Source: an uncultured Gammaproteobacteria bacterium
GTDB lineage: Bacteria > Patescibacteriota > Microgenomatia > UBA8517
Reading direction: 5' to 3'
Assembly: GCA_964430475.1 (NCBI GenBank)
Contig: CAYSEQ010000002.1
Coordinates: 71,706-135,705 of the forward strand
Length of the DNA: 64,000 bases
Below are positions 9,508 to 18,423 of this stretch, piece after piece. Under the pieces are notes generated by a model. It worked only from the letters and a program-made list of their open reading frames with translations, had not been told where the DNA came from and did not search any database. The translations under genes and the position numbers were made by a program. Positions within the stretch are counted from its first letter, which is position 1. Each line of letters opens with the position of its first letter.

Positions 9508-10656
9508 ATGGAAAGAATCGTTATTATTATGCCTACTTATAACGAGGCGGAGAATATTGGACGGATGATACATGAACTTTTCGAGGTAGAATTCCCGAGA
9601 ATAAAAAATGCCGATATGCATCTTCTTGTTGTAGATGATAATTCTCCTGATGGAACCGGTAATATTGTCAAAGAGGCAATGCGAAAATATAAAAATCTTC
9701 ATCTTCTTAATGGTGAAAAAAGGGGTTTGGGTTGGGCGTACATAAGAGGGATGGAATACGCGATGAGGGAATTAAAAGCCGATGCAGTGATGGAGATGGA
9801 CGCAGATTTTCAGCACCCGCCGAGATTCGTGAGACCTATGGTTGAAGCATATCTTTCAGGAGCGGATTATATTATTGGTTCACGCTATATCAAAGGTGGA
9901 TCAGTGCCAAAGGAGTGGGAATTTAGTCGCAAAGCTGTAAGCTATTTGGGGAATCTTTTTATAAGGTTGGTTCTTCTGAAGCCTCGTCTTCATGATTTGA
10001 CGACTGGTTTTAGGTTAACTAAGGTAAAAGGCGTTCTTGATCAAATTGATCTTGACACTTTAATGGAAAAGGAAAGGTTTGCTTACAAAGTAGATCTTTT
10101 GTATCGAAGTGTTAAACTCGCCAAAAAAGTTTTGGAAGTTCCATTGGAATTTGCACCAAGAGTAAGAGAAAAATCTAAGTTTAATCCTGAGGAAATGATT
10201 TCTACTTTTAAGGTCGCCATAATTTTAGGGATAAAAGACAAAGCGAGGTTTATTAAATTTGCAGTTGTTGGGTTTGTGGGATATTTGATCAATGCTTTGA
10301 GTCTTTTTCTCTTTACGAGGTGGAAGTTTATTGGACCTCTAGCTTGGGGTTTATCCACTGAGCTAGCAATTATAAATAATTTTGTTTTTAACAACATCTG
10401 GACATTTAGACAAGAACGAATAACTGGTATAAAAAAATTAATTTATAAATTTTTTCAATTTAATTTGACCTCAATCGGCGCATTAATAATTCAGGTTGTA
10501 TTTGGAACTATTTCGGATTTAGTCTTTGGGGTAGAATATCGACAATTAGCCTTACCGTTCATTATTGTTTTTCTTGTTCTTCCCTATAATTATTTTATGT
10601 ATAATACAGTGATTTGGAGATCGTGGAAATTGCCTTGGGCAAAGAAAAACCCTTGA
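9508..10656 (+). CDS. polyprenol-phosphate mannose synthase (Ppm1/Dpm1-like GT2) fused to a C-terminal GtrA-like 4-TM domain
   Basis: N-terminus IIMPTYNEAENI...LLVVDDNSPDGT...EMDADFQHPP matches the DPM-synthase GT2 signature. The C-terminus FAVVGFVGYLINALSLFLF...ELAIINNFVFNNIWTFRQ matches the GtrA-family motif. Confidence 0.85.
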   Translation: MERIVIIMPTYNEAENIGRMIHELFEVEFPRIKNADMHLLVVDDNSPDGTGNIVKEAMRKYKNLHLLNGEKRGLGWAYIRGMEYAMRELKADAVMEMDADFQHPPRFVRPMVEAYLSGADYIIGSRYIKGGSVPKEWEFSRKAVSYLGNLFIRLVLLKPRLHDLTTGFRLTKVKGVLDQIDLDTLMEKERFAYKVDLLYRSVKLAKKVLEVPLEFAPRVREKSKFNPEEMISTFKVAIILGIKDKARFIKFAVVGFVGYLINALSLFLFTRWKFIGPLAWGLSTELAIINNFVFNNIWTFRQERITGIKKLIYKFFQFNLTSIGALIIQVVFGTISDLVFGVEYRQLALPFIIVFLVLPYNYFMYNTVIWRSWKLPWAKKNP

Positions 10657-10657
10657 G

Positions 10658-11530
10658 ATGTTTTCTAAACATTCTTCCAGTAAAAGAGAAATAAAATTTC
10701 AAAAAATGTTGGTCAGGGAATACCTAAAATACGGTTCTGTTGATGAGGTATTCCGAAAATCTGAGTTAAATTTGCCTGTATCTTATGCTCAATATCAAAG
10801 GATCTTGGATGAATGGGGAATAGTAAAAAGAGCTGGCCCGAATAATAATTTGGGAGAACTTCTGAATTTTCTTGCTAAATTTAGTCAAGAAAATATAAGG
10901 ATTGATGCACTTTATAAAAAGATGCCACATACTTTCCAGACATCGCTAGTGACTATTTATAGGGTTCTTTCCTATATAAAAGAGGGTATAACTAGAAGAA
11001 TTGCTACCGGATTAGTGATTACTCCCTATAAAGATGAAAACAAGATTTTGATAGCAAACGATATTTCAACTCCAAGGTTGGAGTTTGGTAAGCCTTTTGG
11101 TGCGCTTACGATACCTGTATGTTTTTCTAGGAAAAGGGACACAAACGAGGATGCAATTATGAGGGTTCTCCAACAGGAAGTATTTAGCCAAAAGGCTATT
11201 GAGAGAAAGATACCAAGGAGTTTAATTAAGTCTTCGCAATACTTTATGTCTTTGGATATAGCTGATGTAAGGGTTGAGATATTCCATCTTCCTCTTCCAG
11301 AAGGCTTATCTCATATTAAAAACTTTAGCAGCTTTAAATTGGAGAACTTTCGCTTTGTTGGAGTAAATGAAATTCTTTCCGGGAAAATGAGATTTCTAAG
11401 AGAAGGTCTTACAGAGGTTGCAGAAGGTTATTTAAAATTTTCAAGGTTAAGTAAACAGGAAAATTTAGTCTTTAGACCTTTCCACCTAAGATCAAGAATC
11501 AATTATCATTTATCAGAATCTTTTATCTAG
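10658..11530 (+). CDS. hypothetical protein
   Basis: 290-aa ORF starting 2 nt after the Ppm1 stop. No confident family assigned; a Nudix box was looked for and not found. Confidence 0.35.
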   Translation: MFSKHSSSKREIKFQKMLVREYLKYGSVDEVFRKSELNLPVSYAQYQRILDEWGIVKRAGPNNNLGELLNFLAKFSQENIRIDALYKKMPHTFQTSLVTIYRVLSYIKEGITRRIATGLVITPYKDENKILIANDISTPRLEFGKPFGALTIPVCFSRKRDTNEDAIMRVLQQEVFSQKAIERKIPRSLIKSSQYFMSLDIADVRVEIFHLPLPEGLSHIKNFSSFKLENFRFVGVNEILSGKMRFLREGLTEVAEGYLKFSRLSKQENLVFRPFHLRSRINYHLSESFI

Positions 11531-11534
11531 AGAC

Positions 11535-11936
11535 TTAAGGTTTTATTGGTGGTCTAAACTTGTATCCGTAGATGATTATACCTTTTTCCCCGTCTGTCTT
11601 AAGTTTTCTTGTTACCATCTCAACAGGCATTCCTATTCTTGGCTCCCCTTCCAAGTCTGTCAATTGAGCAGTAGTCATTGGTCCTTCCTCAAGTTTTATT
11701 AGGGCAAGGTAGTATGGTGTTTGTTCCTCGAATCCTTGAGGTGGATCTTCTTTCAGAAAAGTATAGGAATATACCGTACCTTTCCCACTTAACCTCACAG
11801 CCGGTGTTTTAACTTCTTCTTTACATTCAGGGCAAACATCTCTAGGGGGGAAGATTGTCTTACCGCATTGGCTACAACTTTCTCCGATAAGATTGTATCT
11901 TTTTTCTGTTAATCTCCAATGCCTGGGAATTTCCAT
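11535..11936 (-). CDS. Zn-ribbon plus OB-fold protein (DUF35 family)
   Basis: N-terminal CxxC...CxxC ribbon (CSQCGKTIFPPRDVCPECK) followed by an OB-fold region, as in DUF35 proteins. 133 aa. Confidence 0.65.
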   Translation of the reverse strand: MEIPRHWRLTEKRYNLIGESCSQCGKTIFPPRDVCPECKEEVKTPAVRLSGKGTVYSYTFLKEDPPQGFEEQTPYYLALIKLEEGPMTTAQLTDLEGEPRIGMPVEMVTRKLKTDGEKGIIIYGYKFRPPIKP

Positions 11937-11992
11937 AATCTTTAATATCTAGAATAAAAGAAAGATTTTATCAAAAACTCTCAAATTCTGCC

Positions 11993-13147
11993 TTATAAAA
12001 GTGGGGACCAATCGGGAATGGGCATGACATTCTGGGAAATAAAAGCCAAGGAAAAAAGGTAGATAGGAATTAATAGAAAAAGAATTATGATTTTGAACTC
12101 CCTTTTTACGATTATCTCTGAAAAGGCAATGTATAAAAATGGGATCATTGGCAATGAATAGCGAAGTAAGTCTCTGTGGGAGACAAAAATAGTTGAGATA
12201 AAAAATATCGCGGTAAAGAAAGCGAATGTATATTGTTTTTGTTTGATTAATCTGATTAATCCCGCAAGATTAAAAAGGTATATAAGAATTATTTCCTCAA
12301 GCCAAAAAGTTCCAACCCAGGTTTGTGAATAGTCAAAAATTTTAAAAGGTGGGAAAAAAAGGTGGATATTATCGCCTGAGTGAAAATAGGCAAAAAAATC
12401 ATTAACTCTTAATTTGTAGAAATAAAAAACTCCTAATAATGATAAGGGTATAAGAAGGATTGGAAGAAATTCTTTTATTTCAAAAACTTTTAATTTTTCG
12501 TGGGGAGAGTGAGTGATATTCTTAAACTTTGTGAAAAGATACGAAAAAAGAAAAGCAAAAAAGAGAAGAATTCCGGGAGATTTAGTGATGGTACTTAAGG
12601 CGCCAAATATGCCAGCCAGAAGGTAGTTTTTTTTATTAAAGTAGTAGATAGAGGCGATTGTAGTTGCCAAAAAAAGAGGTTCTGCACTTCCTACTGAACG
12701 GACTATGAGCCAACGAGCCGGAAATATTGCAAATACAAATGTGGCCCAGGTGAGGCTGTGTTTATCTATGTAATCACTGATTAGCTTCTGGAAAAAGTAG
12801 ATTGCCAATATTGATGAGAAGACGGTTACGGCAAGCATTGAATAAGGGTACCCAACAAGCGGGGAAAAAAGCCTTATAAGTAAAGGGAAAAGGGGAAAGT
12901 GAGCCGGATAATATTCTGCCGGCAAATTAAAGGGGAAATTTGCCATTATTAGTTCTTTATCATAGAGGGTTTTTGCAACTACCAAAAACAAGGGACCATC
13001 GTAATTTGCTACAATCGTTGCCATTCCATTTTTTGAAAGCGGAATTCCCCAGAACTTTTCTAATCGCAGGAAAAATGGAACCCATAAAAGTATCGTTGGT
13101 AAAAGCGAAACTAATATGATAAATAGAATTTTTCTAACCTTGTGCAT
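11993..13147 (-). CDS. GT-C-like polytopic membrane glycosyltransferase candidate (PIG-V/Gpi18/DUF2029-like mannosyltransferase)
   Basis: About 10 TM segments. The motif AHFPLFPLL resembles the AFFPLYP motif of PIG-V-like mannosyltransferases. Confidence 0.45.
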   Translation of the reverse strand: MHKVRKILFIILVSLLPTILLWVPFFLRLEKFWGIPLSKNGMATIVANYDGPLFLVVAKTLYDKELIMANFPFNLPAEYYPAHFPLFPLLIRLFSPLVGYPYSMLAVTVFSSILAIYFFQKLISDYIDKHSLTWATFVFAIFPARWLIVRSVGSAEPLFLATTIASIYYFNKKNYLLAGIFGALSTITKSPGILLFFAFLFSYLFTKFKNITHSPHEKLKVFEIKEFLPILLIPLSLLGVFYFYKLRVNDFFAYFHSGDNIHLFFPPFKIFDYSQTWVGTFWLEEIILIYLFNLAGLIRLIKQKQYTFAFFTAIFFISTIFVSHRDLLRYSLPMIPFLYIAFSEIIVKREFKIIILFLLIPIYLFSLAFISQNVMPIPDWSPLL

Positions 13148-13360
13148 TTTCCAAAATAATATCGTTTTTAATTTAAACTAGCAAGTAAATACTATAAAAT
13201 TTAGAGGATTTTGTCTTTAGATGAATTTATAAAGTAAGATATAGGTAATGCTAGAATTCTATCAATTTCATTTTTTGAATTGATATTCATTTTTGAAAGT
13301 ATTTTTGTTTATATCAAAATTAATTATTTTTAATTAACTTTGCTTATAGAAGTTTGAAGT
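13148..13360. promoter_or_regulatory. AT-rich divergent intergenic/promoter region between the reverse-strand GT-C gene and the forward-strand glycosyltransferase run
   Basis: 213 nt non-coding and extremely AT-rich, with multiple TATAAT-like hexamers. It sits at the start of a ~36 kb same-strand gene run. Confidence 0.35.
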
Positions 13361-14074
13361 ATGCAGAAATTGATTAAGCAAATATCTGTGTTTTTTCCCG
13401 CTTATAATGAAGAAAAAAATATAGAAGAGACTGTCCTATCTGCAAAACGAATCTTGGAGAAAATTGCGGAAAAATGGGAAATTATTGTAGTAGATGATGG
13501 TTCTAGCGACAGAACGGGTAAAATAGCAGACCAGTTAAGTAGAAAGTATAAAGAGAAAATTAGGGTAATCCATCATTTTCCGAACAGGGGTTACGGAAGT
13601 GCTTTGAAATCAGGTTTTGAGGCTGCAAGATTTAATTGGATAGCATTTACTGATTCAGATCGACAATTTGATTTTTCTGATATAAAAAAATTTATTGAGG
13701 AACAAAAGAAGAAAAATGCGGATTTGGTCTTGGGTGTTAGGGTAAAGCGTGCAGACCCTTTTATTCGTAGACTTTTTACATTTGTCTGGTCGAAAATGTT
13801 ACCTAGGATCCTTTTTGGTTTAAAGGTACGTGACTATTCTTGCGGATTTAAGATGATTAGAAAGCAGGTTTATCAAAGTGTTCTTCCTTTGATTGGCGAG
13901 GAAAAGGTGACTCAAATTGAGATGTTGGTTAAGGCTCAAAGAAAAGGTTTCAAGTTCGCTGAAGTTGAGGTGAGACACTTTCCTAGGAAATTTGGGCACC
14001 AAACGGGTGCGGATTTTAAGGTAGTCGTAAGAAGTATTAGAGATCTTTTAAAACTTTGGTGGAATCTCAAATGA
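13361..14074 (+). CDS. GT2 polyprenol-phosphate glycosyltransferase (DPM/DPG-synthase, ArnC/GtrB-like)
   Basis: SVFFPAYNEEKNI...IVVDDGSSDRT...FTDSDRQ (DxD region). 237 aa. Confidence 0.8.
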   Translation: MQKLIKQISVFFPAYNEEKNIEETVLSAKRILEKIAEKWEIIVVDDGSSDRTGKIADQLSRKYKEKIRVIHHFPNRGYGSALKSGFEAARFNWIAFTDSDRQFDFSDIKKFIEEQKKKNADLVLGVRVKRADPFIRRLFTFVWSKMLPRILFGLKVRDYSCGFKMIRKQVYQSVLPLIGEEKVTQIEMLVKAQRKGFKFAEVEVRHFPRKFGHQTGADFKVVVRSIRDLLKLWWNLK

Positions 14075-15714
14075 TATCAACTTGTATTTTTCAAATTTTT
14101 TATTACAAAAAAAAGGTTGAGGAATGGGCAAAGAATAATAGGCTAGAGGCAATCTTGTTGTCTTTAATTCTTATTTTAGGCGCATTTTTAAGGCTATACC
14201 GTATTGATGAGTATATGACCTTTCTTGGTGATGAGGGAAGGGATGCCCTAGTGGTAAGAAGACTCCTCGTAAATTTTGATCCGATTCTTATTGGACCGAG
14301 GACATCTATTGGTGATATGTATTTAGGTCCCCTTTATTATTATCTGATGGCTCCATTTTTGCTTCTGGCGAATTTTTCCCCGGTTGGCCCGGCTGTGATG
14401 GTTGCCTTGATTGGTGTGGCAACGATTTTTTTGGTTTGGTGGATTGCAAGAGAATACTTAGGAAGTATTGCCGCTTTTTCTTCAAGTTTCTTATATGCTA
14501 TTTCACCAGTTGTGATCATTTACTCGCGGTCTTCTTGGAATCCCAACATTATGCCTTTTTTTGCCCTTTTATGCATTTATGCACTCTTTAAGATTTGGGA
14601 TAAAAAGGAATATCAATGGCTAATTATCCTTGGGATTTCTTATGCTTTTGTCCTTCAATCTCATTATTTGGGCTTGCTTCTTTTTCCGACAATTTCTCTT
14701 TTTATCTTCATTGTTTTTACTCAATTAATTTATAAAAAATATTTTGGATTTTCAAAATCAAAGCAAAATTCTGCCCATGATAGAATTAGATTTTTTTTCA
14801 AAAACTTATTCTGGGGATCTTTAATTTTTATTGTTTTAATGAGCCCACTGGTGATATTTGATGCTAGACACGACTGGAGAAACTTTAGCTCGATGAAGCG
14901 TTTTTTTACTGAACGTGAGCTTACGATATCAGCGCGTCCTTGGACAGGATTTCCCGAATTACCTCAGGTTTTGTCTAAGATGTTGACTCGGGTAGTTGGC
15001 GGTATGAACGAGACTGTTGGTAAACCCTTGGGCTACCTATTTATCGTTTTATCTTTTGCGATATTTTTTCTATTAATTTACAAATTTAGGAAAAAGAGGA
15101 CTCTAGATCAAAAATTCCGAACATATTTTCTACTCCTAGTTTGGATGTGGATTGGTTTAGAAGGTCTTGCTCTTTATAAACAGGAGATTTATGACCATTA
15201 TTATGGGTTCATTTATCCTGCACCATTTTTATTTATTGGAGGGCTATTACAAACTGTTTCAGACTTTTTCGCTAAGAAATTTATTCTTTTAAGAATTTTC
15301 GTATATTTTTGGCTATTGGCTGCTTTTCTTCTTCTAACCTTTGTCAATTTCCAAAAGAATCCCCTAAAATACGCACCTAACCGGCAGTTGCAAAGGACTG
15401 AAGAGGTGGCAAAGAAAATTTTGAAAGAGTCAAATGGAGAAAGATTTAATTTTGCAGTAATTGCTGAAAGAAATTACGAAGGTGCCTATCAGTATTTTTT
15501 AGAAAAATTCAAGGCGCCAATGGTGGAGATTGATCCTCAAAGAGCCTCAGATACGATTACTGAGAACCTCTTTGTTGTTTGTGAATTACCAAAAGAAAGT
15601 TGTGATCCGGTTCATAGTTCTAAAGCAGAAATCGCAAACTTTGGTTGGAGTAGGGTAGACCAGATGTGGGAGGTTTCAGGTGTTATTCTTTATAGATTAA
15701 CTCACTTACGATAA
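14071..15714 (+). CDS. GT-C membrane glycosyltransferase, PMT_2/ArnT-like (COG1807-like), subfamily with GDEGRDAL...GPLYYYL motif
   Basis: ATG at 14071 overlaps the stop of the upstream GT2 (ATGA). 10-12 TM segments. First-loop motif FLGDEGRDALVVRRL...GPLYYYLMAPF. Confidence 0.6.
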   Translation: MISTCIFQIFYYKKKVEEWAKNNRLEAILLSLILILGAFLRLYRIDEYMTFLGDEGRDALVVRRLLVNFDPILIGPRTSIGDMYLGPLYYYLMAPFLLLANFSPVGPAVMVALIGVATIFLVWWIAREYLGSIAAFSSSFLYAISPVVIIYSRSSWNPNIMPFFALLCIYALFKIWDKKEYQWLIILGISYAFVLQSHYLGLLLFPTISLFIFIVFTQLIYKKYFGFSKSKQNSAHDRIRFFFKNLFWGSLIFIVLMSPLVIFDARHDWRNFSSMKRFFTERELTISARPWTGFPELPQVLSKMLTRVVGGMNETVGKPLGYLFIVLSFAIFFLLIYKFRKKRTLDQKFRTYFLLLVWMWIGLEGLALYKQEIYDHYYGFIYPAPFLFIGGLLQTVSDFFAKKFILLRIFVYFWLLAAFLLLTFVNFQKNPLKYAPNRQLQRTEEVAKKILKESNGERFNFAVIAERNYEGAYQYFLEKFKAPMVEIDPQRASDTITENLFVVCELPKESCDPVHSSKAEIANFGWSRVDQMWEVSGVILYRLTHLR

Positions 15715-15802
15715 GATTGCTTATTTAAGATATTTTTGTTGTAGTAAAAGTGTCAGTTGATCCTTTTATAAATTTTAAGTAGTGAGCTTATTTTTACTGC
15801 TT

Positions 15803-16798
15803 ATGAATTACTTACTTTCACAGGAAGTACTTGAGAGGATAAAGAAATCTCAAAAGATTTTATTAAACTGTCATCGCAACCCTGATCCTGACTCAATTGG
15901 TTGTGCATTGTCTATGTATGATGTTTTGGAAGGGATGGGTAAGGATGTTTCGATTTTATGTCCAAGTAAAAATTTACCTAAAGTATTGAATTTTTTAAAA
16001 AATTTCGAAAAGATTCAAGATGGTGTGGATTTCTCGTCATTTAATTTTTCAGAATTCGACCTTTTTATTGTCATGGATTCATCAAGTTGGGATATTGTTT
16101 CTGGCCTGAAAGATTTCAAAAAACCGGATATAGAAACGATAGTCATAGATCATCATGATACCAATGAAAGTTTTGGAGATTTAAATATTGTCGATCCTAA
16201 GTTAACCTCAAACGCAGAACTTCTTTATTTAATTTTTGAAGATTGGGGTGTGGAATTAAACAAATTTATAGCAGATTGTTTATTGTGCGGAATCCTGGGT
16301 GATACCGGTGTTTTTAGGTATCCCGGTGCAAATCAAAAAGCCTTAAGAATAGCAGCTAATCTTATTGACATAGGTGCAGATAAAGATTTGATAGTTTTTC
16401 GTCTTTTCCGTTCCGAGCCTTTTAATTTATTTAAGTTTTATTCTGTGGTTTTGAAGAATATGAAGATAGAAAAGCCTGAAAGGTTTGTTTGGTCTGCTAT
16501 CCCTCATAAAATATATAAAAGGTTAAATCCTCCTGTAAATGCGCGAGAGTCTTCTGCGAGTCTTTTTTTTCAGGAGGTTGAGGGCACGGATTTTGGAATT
16601 GTTATAGTGGAAGAGGAACAAAGAAAAGTTTGGATTTCATTTCGTTCAAGAACAGGATTTGATACTTCTTTATTGGCAAAGAAGTTAGGTGGAGGAGGAC
16701 ATATATATGCATCAGGAGCAAAGCTTGAGGGTTTACCTTTCAATAAGGCGTTGAGAAAAATTCTTCATATCGTGAAAAAACATGTCAGAAGTCTTTAA
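15803..16798 (+). CDS. nrnA: DHH/DHHA1 phosphoesterase, NrnA-type oligoribonuclease/pAp phosphatase
   Basis: HRNPDPDSIGC, DHH motif IDHHD and DHHA1 motif GGGGH. ATG at 15803; the ORF track begins at GTG 15782. Confidence 0.85.
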   Translation: MNYLLSQEVLERIKKSQKILLNCHRNPDPDSIGCALSMYDVLEGMGKDVSILCPSKNLPKVLNFLKNFEKIQDGVDFSSFNFSEFDLFIVMDSSSWDIVSGLKDFKKPDIETIVIDHHDTNESFGDLNIVDPKLTSNAELLYLIFEDWGVELNKFIADCLLCGILGDTGVFRYPGANQKALRIAANLIDIGADKDLIVFRLFRSEPFNLFKFYSVVLKNMKIEKPERFVWSAIPHKIYKRLNPPVNARESSASLFFQEVEGTDFGIVIVEEEQRKVWISFRSRTGFDTSLLAKKLGGGGHIYASGAKLEGLPFNKALRKILHIVKKHVRSL

Positions 16799-16872
16799 AT
16801 TTTACTCCTTTTTAGGCAGCTCATGTTAAAATTTAATAATCCTAAATGTAGGATACCTAGTTAAACTTTTTT

Positions 16873-18423
16873 ATGCTAAAAGGTTTGTCAAAAATTTCTA
16901 TTAAAGATTGGAAAGTATTACTCGCCCTTTTTTTGGTTGGATTTGTACTCTTTCTTAGCCTTTTTATAAGAGTGTATAGGGTAGGCGATCTTTTGGGTTT
17001 TTATTATGATCAGGGAAGAGACGCCCTTGTAATTTGGAAATTCCTTTATGAAGGAAAACCGTTTTTAGTCGGTCCAGTCACCGGTTTAGAAGGGATTTTT
17101 TTAGGACCGCTTTATTATTTTCTGATAATGCCATTTTATCTAATTGGGCGCGGTGACCCCACCTACCCATCTTATTTTCTTGCACTTATTTCAGTTTTGG
17201 CGAATGCAGTCCTTTTTTACCTAGGCTGGAAAATGCAGAGCTTTTTGACTGGTTTTATAGCACTGCTTATTTCAAGTTTTTCGTATTACATGGTATTAGC
17301 TGGAAGATGGCTAGCAAATCCCACACCAATTCTTTTAACTAGCGTCGCTATCTTACTTTTGATGTGGAAGATGGTTAATTTTAAGAAAGAAAAAGTACAA
17401 ACTAAATATTTAAATTTGTTATGGATCGCGATAGCCCTTCTTATTGGTATGTCACTACAGTTTGAGGCCGCGAGTGCAATTTTTTATATTCCGATGATTT
17501 TTGTCTTCTTTTTTTATTTATTGATAATAAGAAGGTTGAGAGTCTTACCGAAACCTAAAATTCTGGCTGCCACTTTCTTGGTTTTTTTTGCAACCCTTAT
17601 ACCCCAGATTCTATTTAATTTTCGTCACGAAAATATCCTGTTTAAAAGTTTCAAAAGGGTAATAAGTGAAGAAAAAAGTTTTCGCAATCCCTTTTCCACG
17701 TCGAATTTAGAAAAAAAGAGAGATTACTTTTGGTCTGTATTTAGTCCAAAGATTTTTCCCGGTCATGTTAAATATTCGGATCTTTTTTATCTGTCATCTT
17801 TAGTTGGACTTATTCTCGCTTTTAGGAAAAAGAAAGATGAAATCATGCTTTTACTTATATTTATTGGCGTTGCAATAGTCGGATTCACCTTTTTTCAGGG
17901 GAATTATGGCAATATTTACGATTATTATATGACGGGTTATTATTTGCCAATGATTTTATTGTTCTCTATGGGTTTGGGATTTTTAGGTAAAAGTTGGGTT
18001 GGAAAGATTATCATCTTTATCTTTTTCATATTTTTTTTTGATCTTCATTTAGGCCTTATTAGAAACTATCTTTCAGCTGGGGTTGATGGTCCTACCCATA
18101 TAACCTTAGGTAATGAACTGCAGGCTGTAGACTGGGTTTTAAACGATGCCAAAGGCAAAGAATTCAATCTTGAGGTTTATGTTCCTCCAGTTATCCCTTA
18201 TGCTTATGATTACCTTTTTTTATGGCGTATGCAAAAATTTTGCAAGAACAAAGAGTGTATTTTAGTTAAAGAAGAGGTGCCAATTCTTTATACCCTTTAT
18301 GAGGCAGATCCCCCGCACCCTGAAAGATTAAAAAATTGGCTTTCTAGATTTGAGGGTAAGACTTTTATTGTTGAACAAAAGAAATTTGGAGGTATAACCT
18401 TAGAAAAAAGGCAAAGGATATAA
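16873..18423 (+). CDS. GT-C membrane glycosyltransferase, PMT_2/ArnT-like (paralog of 14071)
   Basis: YYDQGRDALVIWKFL...GPLYYFLIMPFY is the same motif architecture as 14071. Polytopic. Confidence 0.6.
   Translation: MLKGLSKISIKDWKVLLALFLVGFVLFLSLFIRVYRVGDLLGFYYDQGRDALVIWKFLYEGKPFLVGPVTGLEGIFLGPLYYFLIMPFYLIGRGDPTYPSYFLALISVLANAVLFYLGWKMQSFLTGFIALLISSFSYYMVLAGRWLANPTPILLTSVAILLLMWKMVNFKKEKVQTKYLNLLWIAIALLIGMSLQFEAASAIFYIPMIFVFFFYLLIIRRLRVLPKPKILAATFLVFFATLIPQILFNFRHENILFKSFKRVISEEKSFRNPFSTSNLEKKRDYFWSVFSPKIFPGHVKYSDLFYLSSLVGLILAFRKKKDEIMLLLIFIGVAIVGFTFFQGNYGNIYDYYMTGYYLPMILLFSMGLGFLGKSWVGKIIIFIFFIFFFDLHLGLIRNYLSAGVDGPTHITLGNELQAVDWVLNDAKGKEFNLEVYVPPVIPYAYDYLFLWRMQKFCKNKECILVKEEVPILYTLYEADPPHPERLKNWLSRFEGKTFIVEQKKFGGITLEKRQRI

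Noticed and set aside
10658-11530. Possible Nudix hydrolase assignment for the 290-aa protein
   Set aside because: I looked for the Nudix box GX5EX7REUXEEXGU. The stretch GKPFGALTIPVCFSRKRDTNEDAIMRVLQQE does not fit the required spacing, so it is left as hypothetical.
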